Shown: in pieces, positions 20,221-29,685 of the stretch
How positions within the stretch are numbered: the stretch's first letter is position 1
Layout: each line of letters starts with the position of its first letter
NCBI GenBank assembly: GCA_963783385.1
Contig: CAWANJ010000006.1
Span: 1 to 64,000 of the forward strand
Length of the DNA stretch: 64,000 bases
DNA from: an uncultured Gemmatimonadales bacterium
GTDB lineage: Bacteria > Gemmatimonadota > Gemmatimonadetes > Palauibacterales > Palauibacteraceae
Reading direction: 5' to 3'
Made by a program: the position numbers and the translations under genes
The notes under the pieces: model-generated
The model's input: the letters and a program-made list of their open reading frames with translations, nothing else
The model's database searches: none
Told to the model about the DNA's origin: nothing

Positions 20221-20761
20221 TCAGTCCAGCAGGCTGCCGCTGGCCCGACTCCAGCTCCAGGAGCCGCCGCTTCCGCCACAGCCCGCCGCCGTAGCCGGTG
20301 AGGCTCCCGTCGGCGCCGATGACGCGGTGGCAGGGGACGAGGATGGCGATCGGGTTGTCGCCGTTGGCCCGGGCCACGGCGCGCACGGCGTCGGGACGGC
20401 CCAGACGGCGGGCCTGCTCGCCGTAGCTCCGGGTGGCGCCGTACGGGATGGCCAGGAGCTCGGCCCACACCGCCTCCTGGAACGCCGTCCCGGCCGCGTG
20501 GAGCGGCACGGTGAACTCACGGAGCTCGCCGGCGAAGTAGCGCGCCAGCTCGTCGGCCAACTGCTCGGCGATGGGCGACTCGCCGACCACGGCGCCCGGC
20601 GTCGTGCCGCCCTCGGCGGCCGTCCCGAGGCGCTTCGCCACGCGCTCGAGCTGCGTCTCGGCCCGCCGGCCGTCGGCGAACTCGAGGAGGCAGAGCGCCT
20701 CGTCGGTGGCGCCGGCGATCATGGGTCCGAGCGGCGTGGACAGCTCCGTGAGTCGGATCAT
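20221..20761 (-). CDS. ogt: Methylated-DNA--protein-cysteine S-methyltransferase (probable indel at C-terminus)
   Basis: TPLGPM, GTAFQEAVW, IPYGATRSYG, PCHRVIG, GYGGGLWRK; alternative-frame tail GSLLD* ends at 20221. Confidence 0.9.
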
Positions 20762-20955
20762 GCTGGACAGGATCGCGTGTCTCCAGCGCCGCGTCCACCG
20801 CGCCCGGACGGCCGGGCACGAGACGGCCGCGAGGGCGGGCGGAATGGGGTCGCGGCCGCGGCGGCCCGGATCCACCTTGAGAGGGGCGAGCGAGGCGCGG
20901 GACGGGCGCCGTGGGACCCGGCGGCGGCCACGATACCGCGGAGACGGGAGGGACC

Positions 20956-21405
20956 ATGTCCAGGAACGCTGGCTACTCGGGGACGCCGCTGGTGAAGAAG
21001 CTCGGGCTGAAGCCCGGCATGGGCGCGCGGCTCCTGGGCGCGCCCGAGGGCTACTGGGAGCTCCTCGGCGGGACGCCCGCGGCGCTCGGCGTCGAGCCCC
21101 TTCCGGTCGGGGCAGGCCGCAAGGCCGCCTTCACCCACCTGTTCGCCGCGGACCCGGCAGCCCTCGAGGAGCGTCTGGCCGGGGCGCGCGCCGGCATGGA
21201 GGAGGACGGCATGGTGTGGGTGTCGTGGCCCAAGAAGGCCTCGGCGGTGCCGAGCACGATCGGCCGGGCCGAGGTCATGGCCGCCGGCAAGGCGGCCGGG
21301 CTGGTGGACGTCAAGGTGTGCGCGGTGGACGAGACGTGGTCGGGGCTCAAGTTCGTGATCCGGGTGGCGGACCGGACGAAGAAGGGATCCGGGGGAGACG
21401 GGTGA
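20956..21405 (+). CDS. DUF3052-like protein
   Basis: AGYSGTPLVKKLGLKPG...WVSWPKKAS...GLVDVKVCAVDETWSGLK. Confidence 0.85.
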   Translation: MSRNAGYSGTPLVKKLGLKPGMGARLLGAPEGYWELLGGTPAALGVEPLPVGAGRKAAFTHLFAADPAALEERLAGARAGMEEDGMVWVSWPKKASAVPSTIGRAEVMAAGKAAGLVDVKVCAVDETWSGLKFVIRVADRTKKGSGGDG

Positions 21406-21442
21406 GCCGCGCGGGCCGGGCGGCGCGACGTCGGAGGCCGCG

Positions 21443-21826
21443 ATGAGGAAGCAGTACTACCTGAAGCCATCTCCCCGCGGGCTCCTGGCCTGGGACGTGG
21501 ACCGCCTCGTCGCCCTCACCGCCGACTTCCCCGTCCGCGACCTGCCGCTGGAGAGCGTCCGCGAGCTCGACGAGCCGCACTGGTACGGCGCCGAGGGCGA
21601 CGTCCCCACCGTGCGCTCGGTGGCCGAGCACGCCGGGCTGATCGAGGAGGCGGACCTCGCGCATCCCGTCATCCTGTCCGCGGAGGGGCGGGTCATGGAC
21701 GGCATGCACCGGATCGCGAAGGCGTGGCTCGCGGGACGGGCGTCGGTCCCCGCCGTCCGGTTCGAGGCCGACCCATCGCCGGACTACGTGGGCGTCGATC
21801 CGGAGGATCTGCCCTACGACGAGTAG
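21443..21826 (+). CDS. Stand-alone ParB/sulfiredoxin-like domain protein
   Basis: HPVILSAEGRVMDGMHRIAKA (DGxHR motif). Confidence 0.7.
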   Translation: MRKQYYLKPSPRGLLAWDVDRLVALTADFPVRDLPLESVRELDEPHWYGAEGDVPTVRSVAEHAGLIEEADLAHPVILSAEGRVMDGMHRIAKAWLAGRASVPAVRFEADPSPDYVGVDPEDLPYDE

Positions 21827-21924
21827 CGACCGGGCGGCGAGGGGCGGGCGCTCGGCGATCCGGCCGGCTCGGCGGTCCGGGCGCCCGCGTCCAGACGCCG
21901 GCGGCGGAGGCGCCACGCGCCGGA

Positions 21925-22614
21925 TTACTCTGGCCCCCCGGTCAGAGCCAGCATCGAGAGCCTGCCGACCTCCTCCCGGTAGCGCCGCGCACTCCACCCG
22001 CGCTGCAGCACGAGGTCCTCCCAGGTGCGTAGGGAGGTGAGCGTCCACAGGAGGTCGGCGGCCACCGCCTCGTGCAGCCCCTCCCGCAGCGAGCCGTCCC
22101 GCCCCAACCGGGCCACGATGGACCGGCAGCCGCGGAGCCGGGATTCGAGCCGGTCCCGCCACGCCCGCTCCGCCTCCTCGTCGCGTCGTCGCACCTCCTC
22201 GAGGGCGAGTGCCACCGGCCAGATCCCCGGGTTCATGCGCGCCTGCAGGTCGACCATCTCGCGAACGGCATCGAGGCCGGTCGCCGCCCGCTCGATCCGC
22301 CGGATCGCGTCCGGCAGCCCGCGCCGCAGGTCCGCGTGGCGCGCTACGGCGGTGAGGAGGTCGCCGCGGCCCCCGAAGTGGAGGTAGAGGGCCTGGCGGG
22401 AGACGCCGGCCCGGCGCGCGACCTCCGCCATCGACACCGGGGCGCCCCGCGCCTCGAGGAGGAGGGCCAGGGCGGCGTCCAGGATGCGCTCCCGGGTGTC
22501 GGGGTCGCCGGGCCGGGAAGCGGGAGGGTCGGCGGCCACGCGATCCGTTCCAGCGGGGTCGTGCGGCGTCGGATCGGACGGCGGCGGGCCCGAACTTGAG
22601 GGCTTACTTGACAT
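21925..22614 (-). CDS. TetR/AcrR family regulator
   Basis: TRERILDAA...SMAEVARRAGVSRQALYLHF. Confidence 0.92.
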   Translation of the reverse strand: MSSKPSSSGPPPSDPTPHDPAGTDRVAADPPASRPGDPDTRERILDAALALLLEARGAPVSMAEVARRAGVSRQALYLHFGGRGDLLTAVARHADLRRGLPDAIRRIERAATGLDAVREMVDLQARMNPGIWPVALALEEVRRRDEEAERAWRDRLESRLRGCRSIVARLGRDGSLREGLHEAVAADLLWTLTSLRTWEDLVLQRGWSARRYREEVGRLSMLALTGGPE

Positions 22615-22632
22615 GCTATAACGTGACGTTAG

Positions 22633-22649
22633 CTTGACATACTGTCAAG
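22633..22649. promoter_or_regulatory. TetR operator palindrome
   Basis: CTTGACA-TAC-TGTCAAG, plus a further CTTGACAT half-site overlapping the tetR start codon. Confidence 0.65.
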
Positions 22650-22737
22650 TAGCCCGACTCGCGGGCACCACGAATCGTACGAACGGGTACGGATCGCGCG
22701 ATCCGCGCCGACCCCCTGAACGAGAGAGGCCGTGAAC

Positions 22738-23178
22738 ATGGTACCGCATAAGGATGACACGGAGATCGCCGCGCTCCTGGACACGTTCGTCGAGGGTTGG
22801 AACGCGGCGAGCGGGACCGCGCTCGCCCGCGCGTTCGCGCCGGATGCCGACTTCACCAACGTCATGGGTCTGCGCGCGCGAGGGCGGGAGACGATCGCGC
22901 ACGGGCACGACGAGGTCCTGGCCACCGTCTTCCGGGGCACCCGGATGGCCGCCTCGGTGGAGAGGATCCGCGTCCTTCGCCCGGACGTGGCCGTGGTGGA
23001 GGCTTCGCTCGCACTTCGCGCGGCGGACGGCGGCCCCTTCGTGGGGCCCGGCGAGTCCAGGGCCACGTTCGTGGCCACGCGCGAGGCGGAGGGCTGGACC
23101 ATCGCCTCCTTCGTCAACATGATTCCCTTCACCCGGCCGGCGGCGGGCCCCGTGGAGCGGAGCCTGGCCGCGGGCTGA
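22738..23178 (+). CDS. SgcJ/EcaC (DUF4440) NTF2-like protein
   Basis: EGWNAASG...FAPDADFTNVMG...GRETIAHGH. Confidence 0.85.
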   Translation: MVPHKDDTEIAALLDTFVEGWNAASGTALARAFAPDADFTNVMGLRARGRETIAHGHDEVLATVFRGTRMAASVERIRVLRPDVAVVEASLALRAADGGPFVGPGESRATFVATREAEGWTIASFVNMIPFTRPAAGPVERSLAAG

Positions 23179-23198
23179 CCCCCGAGAGGAGAGCGGCC

Positions 23199-24315
23199 AT
23201 GACCTCCGTCCGTGCCCTGGCGCGCACGCCGCTGCCCCGCGGCCTCAGCGTGGCGCTGTGCGGACTGGTGGTCGCGGGCATCGTGCTCGTGGCCCGCGCC
23301 GCCGCGCTCCTCGCCCCGGCCACGCCGCATCCAGGCGTCGTGATCCTGTCCGCCACCTTCGACCTCACGGTGACGGCCTCGGTCGTCACCTGGTGGTGGC
23401 TCCGCCGCGACTTCGGATGGTCGGCGCGGGCCCTGGTCGCGATCTTTCTCACCTCGGTCGCGCTGGCTGGCCTCGTCCTGCCCGCGGGCGGCGAGGGAGC
23501 CCTCCACGTCCTGGACCTGGCGGCCGCCCCGCTCGAGCTCGTCCTCCTCGTCTACCTGGCGCGGAGGGTCGTCGTGGCGCGGCGAAGGGTGCGGGCGGAC
23601 GCGCGGGCCGGAGGCCCGGAGCCAGACGTGCAGGACACCATAGCCGCCGCGGCCGCGGCGGTCGTGGGACGCGGACGCTTCGCCGAGCTCCTCGCCTACG
23701 AGAATGGCGGTCCTCTACTACGCGCTGGCTCCGCACCCGGGAGGGCGAGACACGCGGGGTTCCGAGCCGACGGCGGGCGCGGAGGTGGACCCGGCGGAGA
23801 GCGCCGCGCCGGCCACCGCCGCCGATCCCGCGACGCTCACCTACCACCGGAAGACCGCCTACGGGGCCATCGTGTTCGTGCTCCTCCTGGCCACGCTGGC
23901 CGAGGTCCCGGCGGTGCACTTCCTGGTGCGTCAGTGGAGCGAGCGGGCCGCGTGGCTGCTCACGGGCCTCGGCCTGTACGGGGTCCTGTGGATCATCGGT
24001 GACTGGCGGGCGTCCCGCACCCGGCCGATCCGCGTGGAGGATGGGACGCTGCGCGTCCGATTCGGGCTCCGTTGGCGGCTGGACATCCCGCTCGGCGCCA
24101 TCCTTGAGGTGCGCGCTCCCACGACGGCCGAGAAGTCGGCACGCGACGCCGTCGACCTCAAGCTGGCGCTCGCCGGCGCCTCCTGGATGCGGCTCGAGCT
24201 GGACCGGCCCGTCCAGGCGAGGGGTCCCTACGGGATGCGTCGCGAGGTGCGCACGCTCGGGCTCGGGCTCGATGAGCCCGATCGGCTGCGGACCCTGCTC
24301 GCGGACGACGGATGA
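23199..24315 (+). CDS. Hypothetical membrane protein (extra A at ~23702 splits the ORF)
   Basis: FDLTVT...LLAYE|MAVLYYAL...TYHRKTAYG...EVPAVHFL...LRVRFGLRW becomes continuous after removing 1 nt. Confidence 0.7.
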
Positions 24316-24455
24316 AGAGGTTCGGCACAGACGGAGGCACCCTGGCGAGCGCCGCCGAGAGGGTGGCCGACTTCGAGCTACCCCTCGACCTCGACGCCAG
24401 CTTCGAGCGCCTGGTCGACCTGCACCACGCCGGGCTGGAGCGGGCCTGCGGCTGA
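24312..24455 (+). pseudogene. Collapsed TetR/WHG regulator (47 aa: N- and C-termini only)
   Basis: MKRFGTDGGTLASAAERVAD joined to FELPLDLDASFERLVDLHHAGLERACG*; ATGA coupling. Confidence 0.5.
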
Positions 24456-24995
24456 TGCCCCGGGCGCCGCGCGCCAGAAGGGCACCGCCACCGCGAGACC
24501 CGTGACCACCGCCACGGCCAGGGCGCCGGCGGCCCCGGCCGCGCCCGGCTTCGCCGTCATCACGAACACGACGGCCAGCGCCACGGTCTGGGTCATCAGC
24601 TTGGCGCTCCAGCTCACCGGATCGCGCAGGAGGCGCCGGGCCCGGGGCGAGAGTCCCTGCTCGGCGAGCTCGCGGCCCAGGGCCCGGGCGCGTCCCGCCT
24701 CGATCCCCGAGCCGAGCACGACGATGAGAGCGAGCCCGGCGAGCGAGGCCTGGATCCAGGGAAGCGACCAGCTCCAGCGTGCGTGGGTCATGTAGATGCC
24801 GGTCGCCAGCAGACCGAGGACGGCGACCGGGAACAGCCGGACGACCCGCCCCACGAAGCGTAGCCACGAGGCCGCCTCGTCGGCGTCCCGCGCCGCGCGG
24901 AGACGGAGGGCCGCGTGCAGGGCCAGGGCGGCGGCCGCGGTGGCCAGGAGCAGGGACGCCAGGTGGGTGAAGAGGGCGACGTGGTACGCGTTCAA
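24378..24995 (-). CDS. DUF2269-like membrane protein (TTG start)
   Basis: YHVALFTHL...LLATGIYMT..RWSWSLPWI...VFVMTAKP. Confidence 0.65.
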   Translation of the reverse strand: MNAYHVALFTHLASLLLATAAAALALHAALRLRAARDADEAASWLRFVGRVVRLFPVAVLGLLATGIYMTHARWSWSLPWIQASLAGLALIVVLGSGIEAGRARALGRELAEQGLSPRARRLLRDPVSWSAKLMTQTVALAVVFVMTAKPGAAGAAGALAVAVVTGLAVAVPFWRAAPGASAAGPLQPGVVQVDQALEAGVEVEG

Positions 24996-25041
24996 GGATG
25001 CCTCGCCTGCGTTCGGGGTTGTGGTCTGCGCTTCATATTGG

Positions 25042-25073
25042 ATATAGTCTACTATATTGAATGCGACTGTCAA
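25042..25073 (-). promoter_or_regulatory. Promoter with overlapping TetR operator
   Basis: Minus-strand TTGACA-N16-TAGACT; palindrome ATATAGT-CT-ACTATAT at 25042-25057 in an AT-rich island. Confidence 0.6.
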
Positions 25074-25190
25074 GCGGACCGGCCCGGAGCAGGCCGGCCG
25101 CTGGCGCCGCTCGCGGCAGCGTGTCGGCCCTCGCGGCGGCGCCCGTCCAGGGGGCGAGATCCGGTCCGCACACGGAGGCCAGAAAGAGCC

Positions 25191-25838
25191 ATGACCGAGG
25201 AGACCCGGCCCTACCACTCCCCCGCCCGGCGGCGGCAGGCCGCGGAGACGCGACGCCACATCCTGGCGAGCGCCCGGCGGCTGTTCGTCGAGCGCGGCTA
25301 CGGCGGCGCGACCGTGGAGGCGATCGCGGACGGGGCCGGCGTCGCCGCTCCGACCGTGTACGCCTCCCTCGGCTCCAAGCGCGGCATCCTCATGGGGCTG
25401 CTGGACGAGATGGCGGCGGACGCGGACCGCGAGGGCATGGAGGAGAAGGTGGCCGCGGCGGCCGGCGACCCCCGTCGGCAGCTGCGCGAGCGCATCGCCT
25501 TCAACGTGCGCTTCTACGCGGGGGGCGCCGACCTCATCGACATCGCGCGCACCGTGTCCGGGGTGGAGCGGGACCTGGCGGAGATGTGGGAGGAGGGAGA
25601 GGGACGCCGCTACCGGGCCACCCGAAGCCTGGTCGCGGAGTGGGATGAAGCCGGGGCCCTGGCGGAGGGCGTGGACGCCGGCCGGGCCGTCGACGTGATG
25701 TGGTCCCTCGCCGGTCCCGACGTGTTCCGGCTGTTCGTCGTGAAGCGGGGCTGGAGCCGCGATCGCTACGAGGCCTGGTTGGGCGACACCCTGGAGGGCC
25801 TGCTGCTCGGGGAAGTCCCGGACGGGGGCGCCCGCTGA
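25191..25838 (+). CDS. TetR/AcrR family regulator
   Basis: RPYHSPARRRQAAETRRHIL...TVEAIADGAGVAAPTVYASLGSK. Confidence 0.92.
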   Translation: MTEETRPYHSPARRRQAAETRRHILASARRLFVERGYGGATVEAIADGAGVAAPTVYASLGSKRGILMGLLDEMAADADREGMEEKVAAAAGDPRRQLRERIAFNVRFYAGGADLIDIARTVSGVERDLAEMWEEGEGRRYRATRSLVAEWDEAGALAEGVDAGRAVDVMWSLAGPDVFRLFVVKRGWSRDRYEAWLGDTLEGLLLGEVPDGGAR

Positions 25839-25971
25839 GAGGAAGGGCCGCGCCGGGGCGATCGCGCCGCCCGGCGCAGGGGCCGGACCGCGGCTCCCCT
25901 ACCGCGGAGCCGTGAGCCGGCCCATTCTTGGCGGACCAGGCCCTTCGACCCCCGGATACGAGCGGAAGCGC

Positions 25972-26268
25972 ATGTACGGATTGATCGGAAAGCTGGTGGC
26001 CACCGAAGGCCATCGCGGTGAGCTGGCCCGGATCCTCCTGGAGGCGAGCGCGGCCATGCCGGGCTGCCTGAGCTACGTGGTGGCCGAAGACGCGGAGGAC
26101 TCGGACGCCCTGTGGGTGACCGAAGTCTGGGACCGCGAGGCCAGCCACGCCGCGTCGCTCTCCCTCCCTTCCGTGCAGGCCGGCATCCAGGAGGGGAAGC
26201 CGCTGATCGCGGGCTTCGGGGACCGGCACGTCACGAGGCCCCTGGGCGGGCAGGGACTGCCGGGGTGA
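25972..26268 (+). CDS. Antibiotic biosynthesis monooxygenase (ABM) family
   Basis: MYGLIGKL...MPGCLSYVVA...WVTEVW..HAASLSLPSVQ. Confidence 0.85.
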   Translation: MYGLIGKLVATEGHRGELARILLEASAAMPGCLSYVVAEDAEDSDALWVTEVWDREASHAASLSLPSVQAGIQEGKPLIAGFGDRHVTRPLGGQGLPG

Positions 26269-26401
26269 GGCCCTCGCGGACCGTCAGGCGGACTCGGGAG
26301 CGTCGCCAGCCGGCCCGCCGCGAGCCGCCCGCGCCGTTGCCGCCGCGGCCCGGCCGCCCCATCGTATCCACCGCCGCACGTACCCGCACCGAGGAGATCC
26401 C

Positions 26402-26974
26402 ATGAAGGCCGTGGCCGGAATCGCCCTGCTGGCGGGGGCGCTCGCCCTGTCGCCCGACCCGGGGCACGCGCAGGGCGCGCAGAACCACTTCCTGTCCGTG
26501 GGTGACAAGGCGCCCGACATCCAGGTGGTCGGCTCCACCCGCTACGGGACCCTGAAGGACCCGATCCACCTGAGCGACTTCAAGGGCGAGACGGTGGTGG
26601 TGGCCTTCTACTTCAAGGCCAGGACGCCTGGGTGAACGGCCCAGATGGAGGCGTACCGTGATCAGTACGCGAGGCTCTTCCACGACGGCCAGAAGGTCGT
26701 CCTCCTGGCCGTCTCCGCCGACAGTCCCGAGGCACAGGCTTCGTGGGCGAAGGACGCCCATTTCCAGTTCCTGTTCGGGAGCGATCCGGACGGCAAGGCC
26801 TACGCCGCCTTCGGCGGGGCTCCACACAACGGGTTCGTGACCAGCCGGGCCGTGTTCGTCGTCGCGCCGGACGGCACCATCGCCGACGTGACGCCCAAGC
26901 TCAACCCGGTCGACCCGTCAGCCTACAAGCACCTGCAGGCGGTGATCGACAAGCTGGAGCCGCTGGAACAGTAG
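26402..26974 (+). CDS. Exported AhpC/TSA (BCP-like) peroxiredoxin with Sec at the peroxidatic site (UGA 26633-26635)
   Basis: Two same-frame ORFs joined by TGA: signal peptide, LSVGDKAPD, LSDFKG, FYFKARTPG-U-TAQMEAYRDQY, SRAVFVVAPDG. Confidence 0.88.
26651..26670 (+). promoter_or_regulatory. Putative bacterial SECIS hairpin
   Basis: GCGTAC-CGTGATCA-GTACGC; loop begins 21 nt after the UGA, with G at loop position 2. Confidence 0.7.
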
Positions 26975-27013
26975 GGGTCCGGCCGCCACCGGCGGTCGGG
27001 TGGCCGATGCGGC

Positions 27014-27052
27014 AGCGCCCGCGTCCCCTCGGGGGCGCGGGCGCTTTCACTT
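27014..27052 (+). terminator. Intrinsic terminator between convergent prx and tlpA
   Basis: AGCGCCCGCGTCCC-CTCG-GGGGCGCGGGCGCT followed by TTCACTT. Confidence 0.6.
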
Positions 27053-27124
27053 CGGACCGGCGACCGGGGCCCGAGCCTCGGGTGCCCCGGCGCGAGAGAT
27101 CGCCGCCCGCGCGCTACTCCAGCC

Positions 27125-27724
27125 TCAGCCCGCCCCCTCGCCCAGCAGCTTCTTCACCGCCCCGACCAGGTCCTGGTCCGCCCCCACGCCCGTGTAGGCC
27201 ACCCGCCCCTTCGCGTCCAGCATGACCACGATGGAGGTGGTGGACACGTCGTAGGCCCGCACGGCGTTGCCGTCGGCGTCGAACACGTGCGGATAACCCG
27301 GGTCGTGCTTCTGGAGGGAGCGGCGGATGCGCCGGGGAGTCTCGTTCACGGCCACGCCCACCGCCACCACGTTCAGCCGCTTCCCGTACTCTTTCTGGAT
27401 CCGGTCCATCTGCGGCTGGAGCCTGGCGCACAGGGGACACCAGGTGGCCCAGAACTCGATGAGGGCGGGCTTACCTTTCACGAGGTCCAGGAGGTCGACG
27501 AATTTCCCGGACAGCTCCTGCACGGTGGCCGCCGGGGCCGCCGTCCCGAGGGGGAGGCTGACGTCCGCCTGGGCCGCGGCGGGGCCGGCGGAGAGGACCA
27601 GGAGCAGGCCCGAGAGGGCGAGCCCTGCCAGCGCCGGTCCCACCGGCGCGAGGGTCGCGAGGACGCGGTCCCGCAACCTGAGAGGTCCTCGATCCACCGC
27701 CGAACCGCGCCGCGCTCTCCTCAT
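27125..27724 (-). CDS. TlpA/ResA-like thiol-disulfide oxidoreductase
   Basis: EFWATWCPLC CxxC motif; export signal. Confidence 0.9.
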   Translation of the reverse strand: MRRARRGSAVDRGPLRLRDRVLATLAPVGPALAGLALSGLLLVLSAGPAAAQADVSLPLGTAAPAATVQELSGKFVDLLDLVKGKPALIEFWATWCPLCARLQPQMDRIQKEYGKRLNVVAVGVAVNETPRRIRRSLQKHDPGYPHVFDADGNAVRAYDVSTTSIVVMLDAKGRVAYTGVGADQDLVGAVKKLLGEGAG

Positions 27725-27764
27725 GGCACCCCGCTCGTCCCGGGTCGGTCACCGCCGGCCCGCC

Positions 27765-28496
27765 TCAGAAGTTGTAGCCCGCCTTCACGAAGTAGTACTC
27801 CGCCATGACCAGCATGATCAGGGCCGCGATCCGCTTGGCCCACACCATCCAGCGGCCCGAGCGCGGCAGGGCCGCCAGCGTGCCGGAGGAGAGGCCGACG
27901 GCCACGAGAAGCGCCGTCATGCCGAGCGAGAAGGCGAACAGGTAGACGAATCCCATCAGGCCGGCGCCGCTGGCGGCCACCCAGGTGAGCACCACGGCGA
28001 AGGCCGGAGCGCCGCAGGGGGCCGCCACGATGCCCGAGGTGGCGCCCATGACGAACACGGCCCCGTAGGAGCCGCCCCCCTTGCCCGCCGCCCACGCCAT
28101 GAGCCGGCGGGGCACCGGCAGGGGGAGGACGTCCAGCATGACGAGGGCGAACAGGAGGAGCAGGTTGCCGATGACGAGCCGCGACCAGGGACTGGCGCTC
28201 ACCGAACCGAACAGGCTTCCGGTCACGCCGGCGATCGTCCCGAGGATCGCGTAGACCAGGGCCAGCCCCACGGCGTAGACGAGCGTGAGCCGGACGGTAC
28301 GCCAGCGCCCCGCGTCGGGGCGGGCCGTGCCCGCGATCACCGAGGCGGTGATGGGGATCATCGGGTAGATGCAGGGCGTGAGGCTGGTGAGCACGCCGGC
28401 CCCGAACAGGGTCACCACCGCCACCAGGGGACGGTGGGCCAGCGTGGCGGCCAGGCCGGTCGCGGCTTCGGGCTGGAACGCGATGGGGAGCATCAT
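27765..28496 (-). CDS. ccdA: CcdA/DsbD-beta transmembrane disulfide reductase
   Basis: SLTPCIYPMIPIT and AAPCGAP; LPRSGRWM. Confidence 0.9.
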   Translation of the reverse strand: MMLPIAFQPEAATGLAATLAHRPLVAVVTLFGAGVLTSLTPCIYPMIPITASVIAGTARPDAGRWRTVRLTLVYAVGLALVYAILGTIAGVTGSLFGSVSASPWSRLVIGNLLLLFALVMLDVLPLPVPRRLMAWAAGKGGGSYGAVFVMGATSGIVAAPCGAPAFAVVLTWVAASGAGLMGFVYLFAFSLGMTALLVAVGLSSGTLAALPRSGRWMVWAKRIAALIMLVMAEYYFVKAGYNF

Positions 28497-28673
28497 GGCC
28501 CCGCGGAACCTCCCGCGGCGCGGCGGTGCGGGCAAGGGAGGCGCCGAAGCGGGTGTCCCTTCCACGGCCGGGCCGAGCGCGTCCCTCGAGGCGCCGACCC
28601 GTTGGCGGGTCGGCCGGGATCTCCTAGCTTTCGAACACGATCCTCTTCCTCGCGGAAACGAAGGGAGCGGGAG

Positions 28674-29099
28674 ATGAACCGGGAGTATCGCCTCTACCTG
28701 AGCCCGGCGCAGAAGGTCATCCTCCTGCTGCCCCTCCTCGCCTTCCTCGTCGGGACGGGCCTGGTCTTCGTCCCCGGCGCCATCTCGGGCGAGATCCCGC
28801 TCCCGGTTGCGGTGCTGTTCCTGGGGATCATGGCCTACGCCGCCTATTACTTCCTGTCCATGCCGCACCGGATCGAGGTCGACGAGGCGGGCCGCGTGAC
28901 GTTCGTGAGCCTGTTCCGCCGGGTGCGGGTGAGCGCGAGCGACATCCGCGTGATCCGCCCCCGCGCGACGCAGCTCGGCTTCCTGGTCGTCGAGCACGCC
29001 GGGGGCAGGATCAACCTTCTCCCGCAATTCGACGACTTCCACGTGTTCCTCACCGACCTCCGGGCCCGGAATCCGCGGGTCGAGCTCAGGGGCTGCTGA
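28674..29099 (+). CDS. Hypothetical membrane protein (2 TM + PH-like tail)
   Basis: Two TM helices followed by a beta-rich tail; RBS GGGAG. Confidence 0.6.
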   Translation: MNREYRLYLSPAQKVILLLPLLAFLVGTGLVFVPGAISGEIPLPVAVLFLGIMAYAAYYFLSMPHRIEVDEAGRVTFVSLFRRVRVSASDIRVIRPRATQLGFLVVEHAGGRINLLPQFDDFHVFLTDLRARNPRVELRGC

Positions 29100-29150
29100 G
29101 GCGCCCTTCCGCCGGGCCGCCGCCGCGCGGACGACCGAGGAGAAGACATC

Positions 29151-29573
29151 ATGACGAGACGCGCTCGCCGACGCGGTCCTGTCCCGTTCCTCTCCTGTGC
29201 CATCCTGTGCCTCGTTCCCTGGGCGCTTCGTGCCCAGCAGCCGAAGCGCTGGCTGGGCGGGGACGCGGTGGCCATCCTGAAGTCGGTGACCGCCGCCCCC
29301 ACCGACGCGCGCTGCGACCGCGTCCTGACGGTCCGCCGCGTGGCGCTCGTTCGGGGGCAGCTGATCGGGAACAACGTGCTCCGCGTGTGCGTCATCGGCG
29401 CCACGAAGCTGCGGAGCTTCGATGCCTCGGGGCAGCTCCAGCCGCTGGAGTGGTCCGTGCTCCAGGCCGGCGACCTGCTCCACCTGCAGCTCGACCGCAC
29501 ATACCTGCCCAGCAACCCGCCCGTGGTGGTCGGACGCGACGTCGTCCTCGTGGCCCGGGATACGGGCTCGTAG
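29151..29573 (+). CDS. Hypothetical secreted protein
   Basis: Signal peptide ending ALRA; RBS GAGGA. Confidence 0.55.
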   Translation: MTRRARRRGPVPFLSCAILCLVPWALRAQQPKRWLGGDAVAILKSVTAAPTDARCDRVLTVRRVALVRGQLIGNNVLRVCVIGATKLRSFDASGQLQPLEWSVLQAGDLLHLQLDRTYLPSNPPVVVGRDVVLVARDTGS

Positions 29574-29685
29574 GACCCGAATTCCAGGGTTTCGCCGCGG
29601 GGCGTCCCGCGCCGCCGCTCCTCGTCCTACCTTGCTGGACGGACGGGTCGGCACGACTCCGGGAGCCGGGAGAGCGGCAGGCGAC

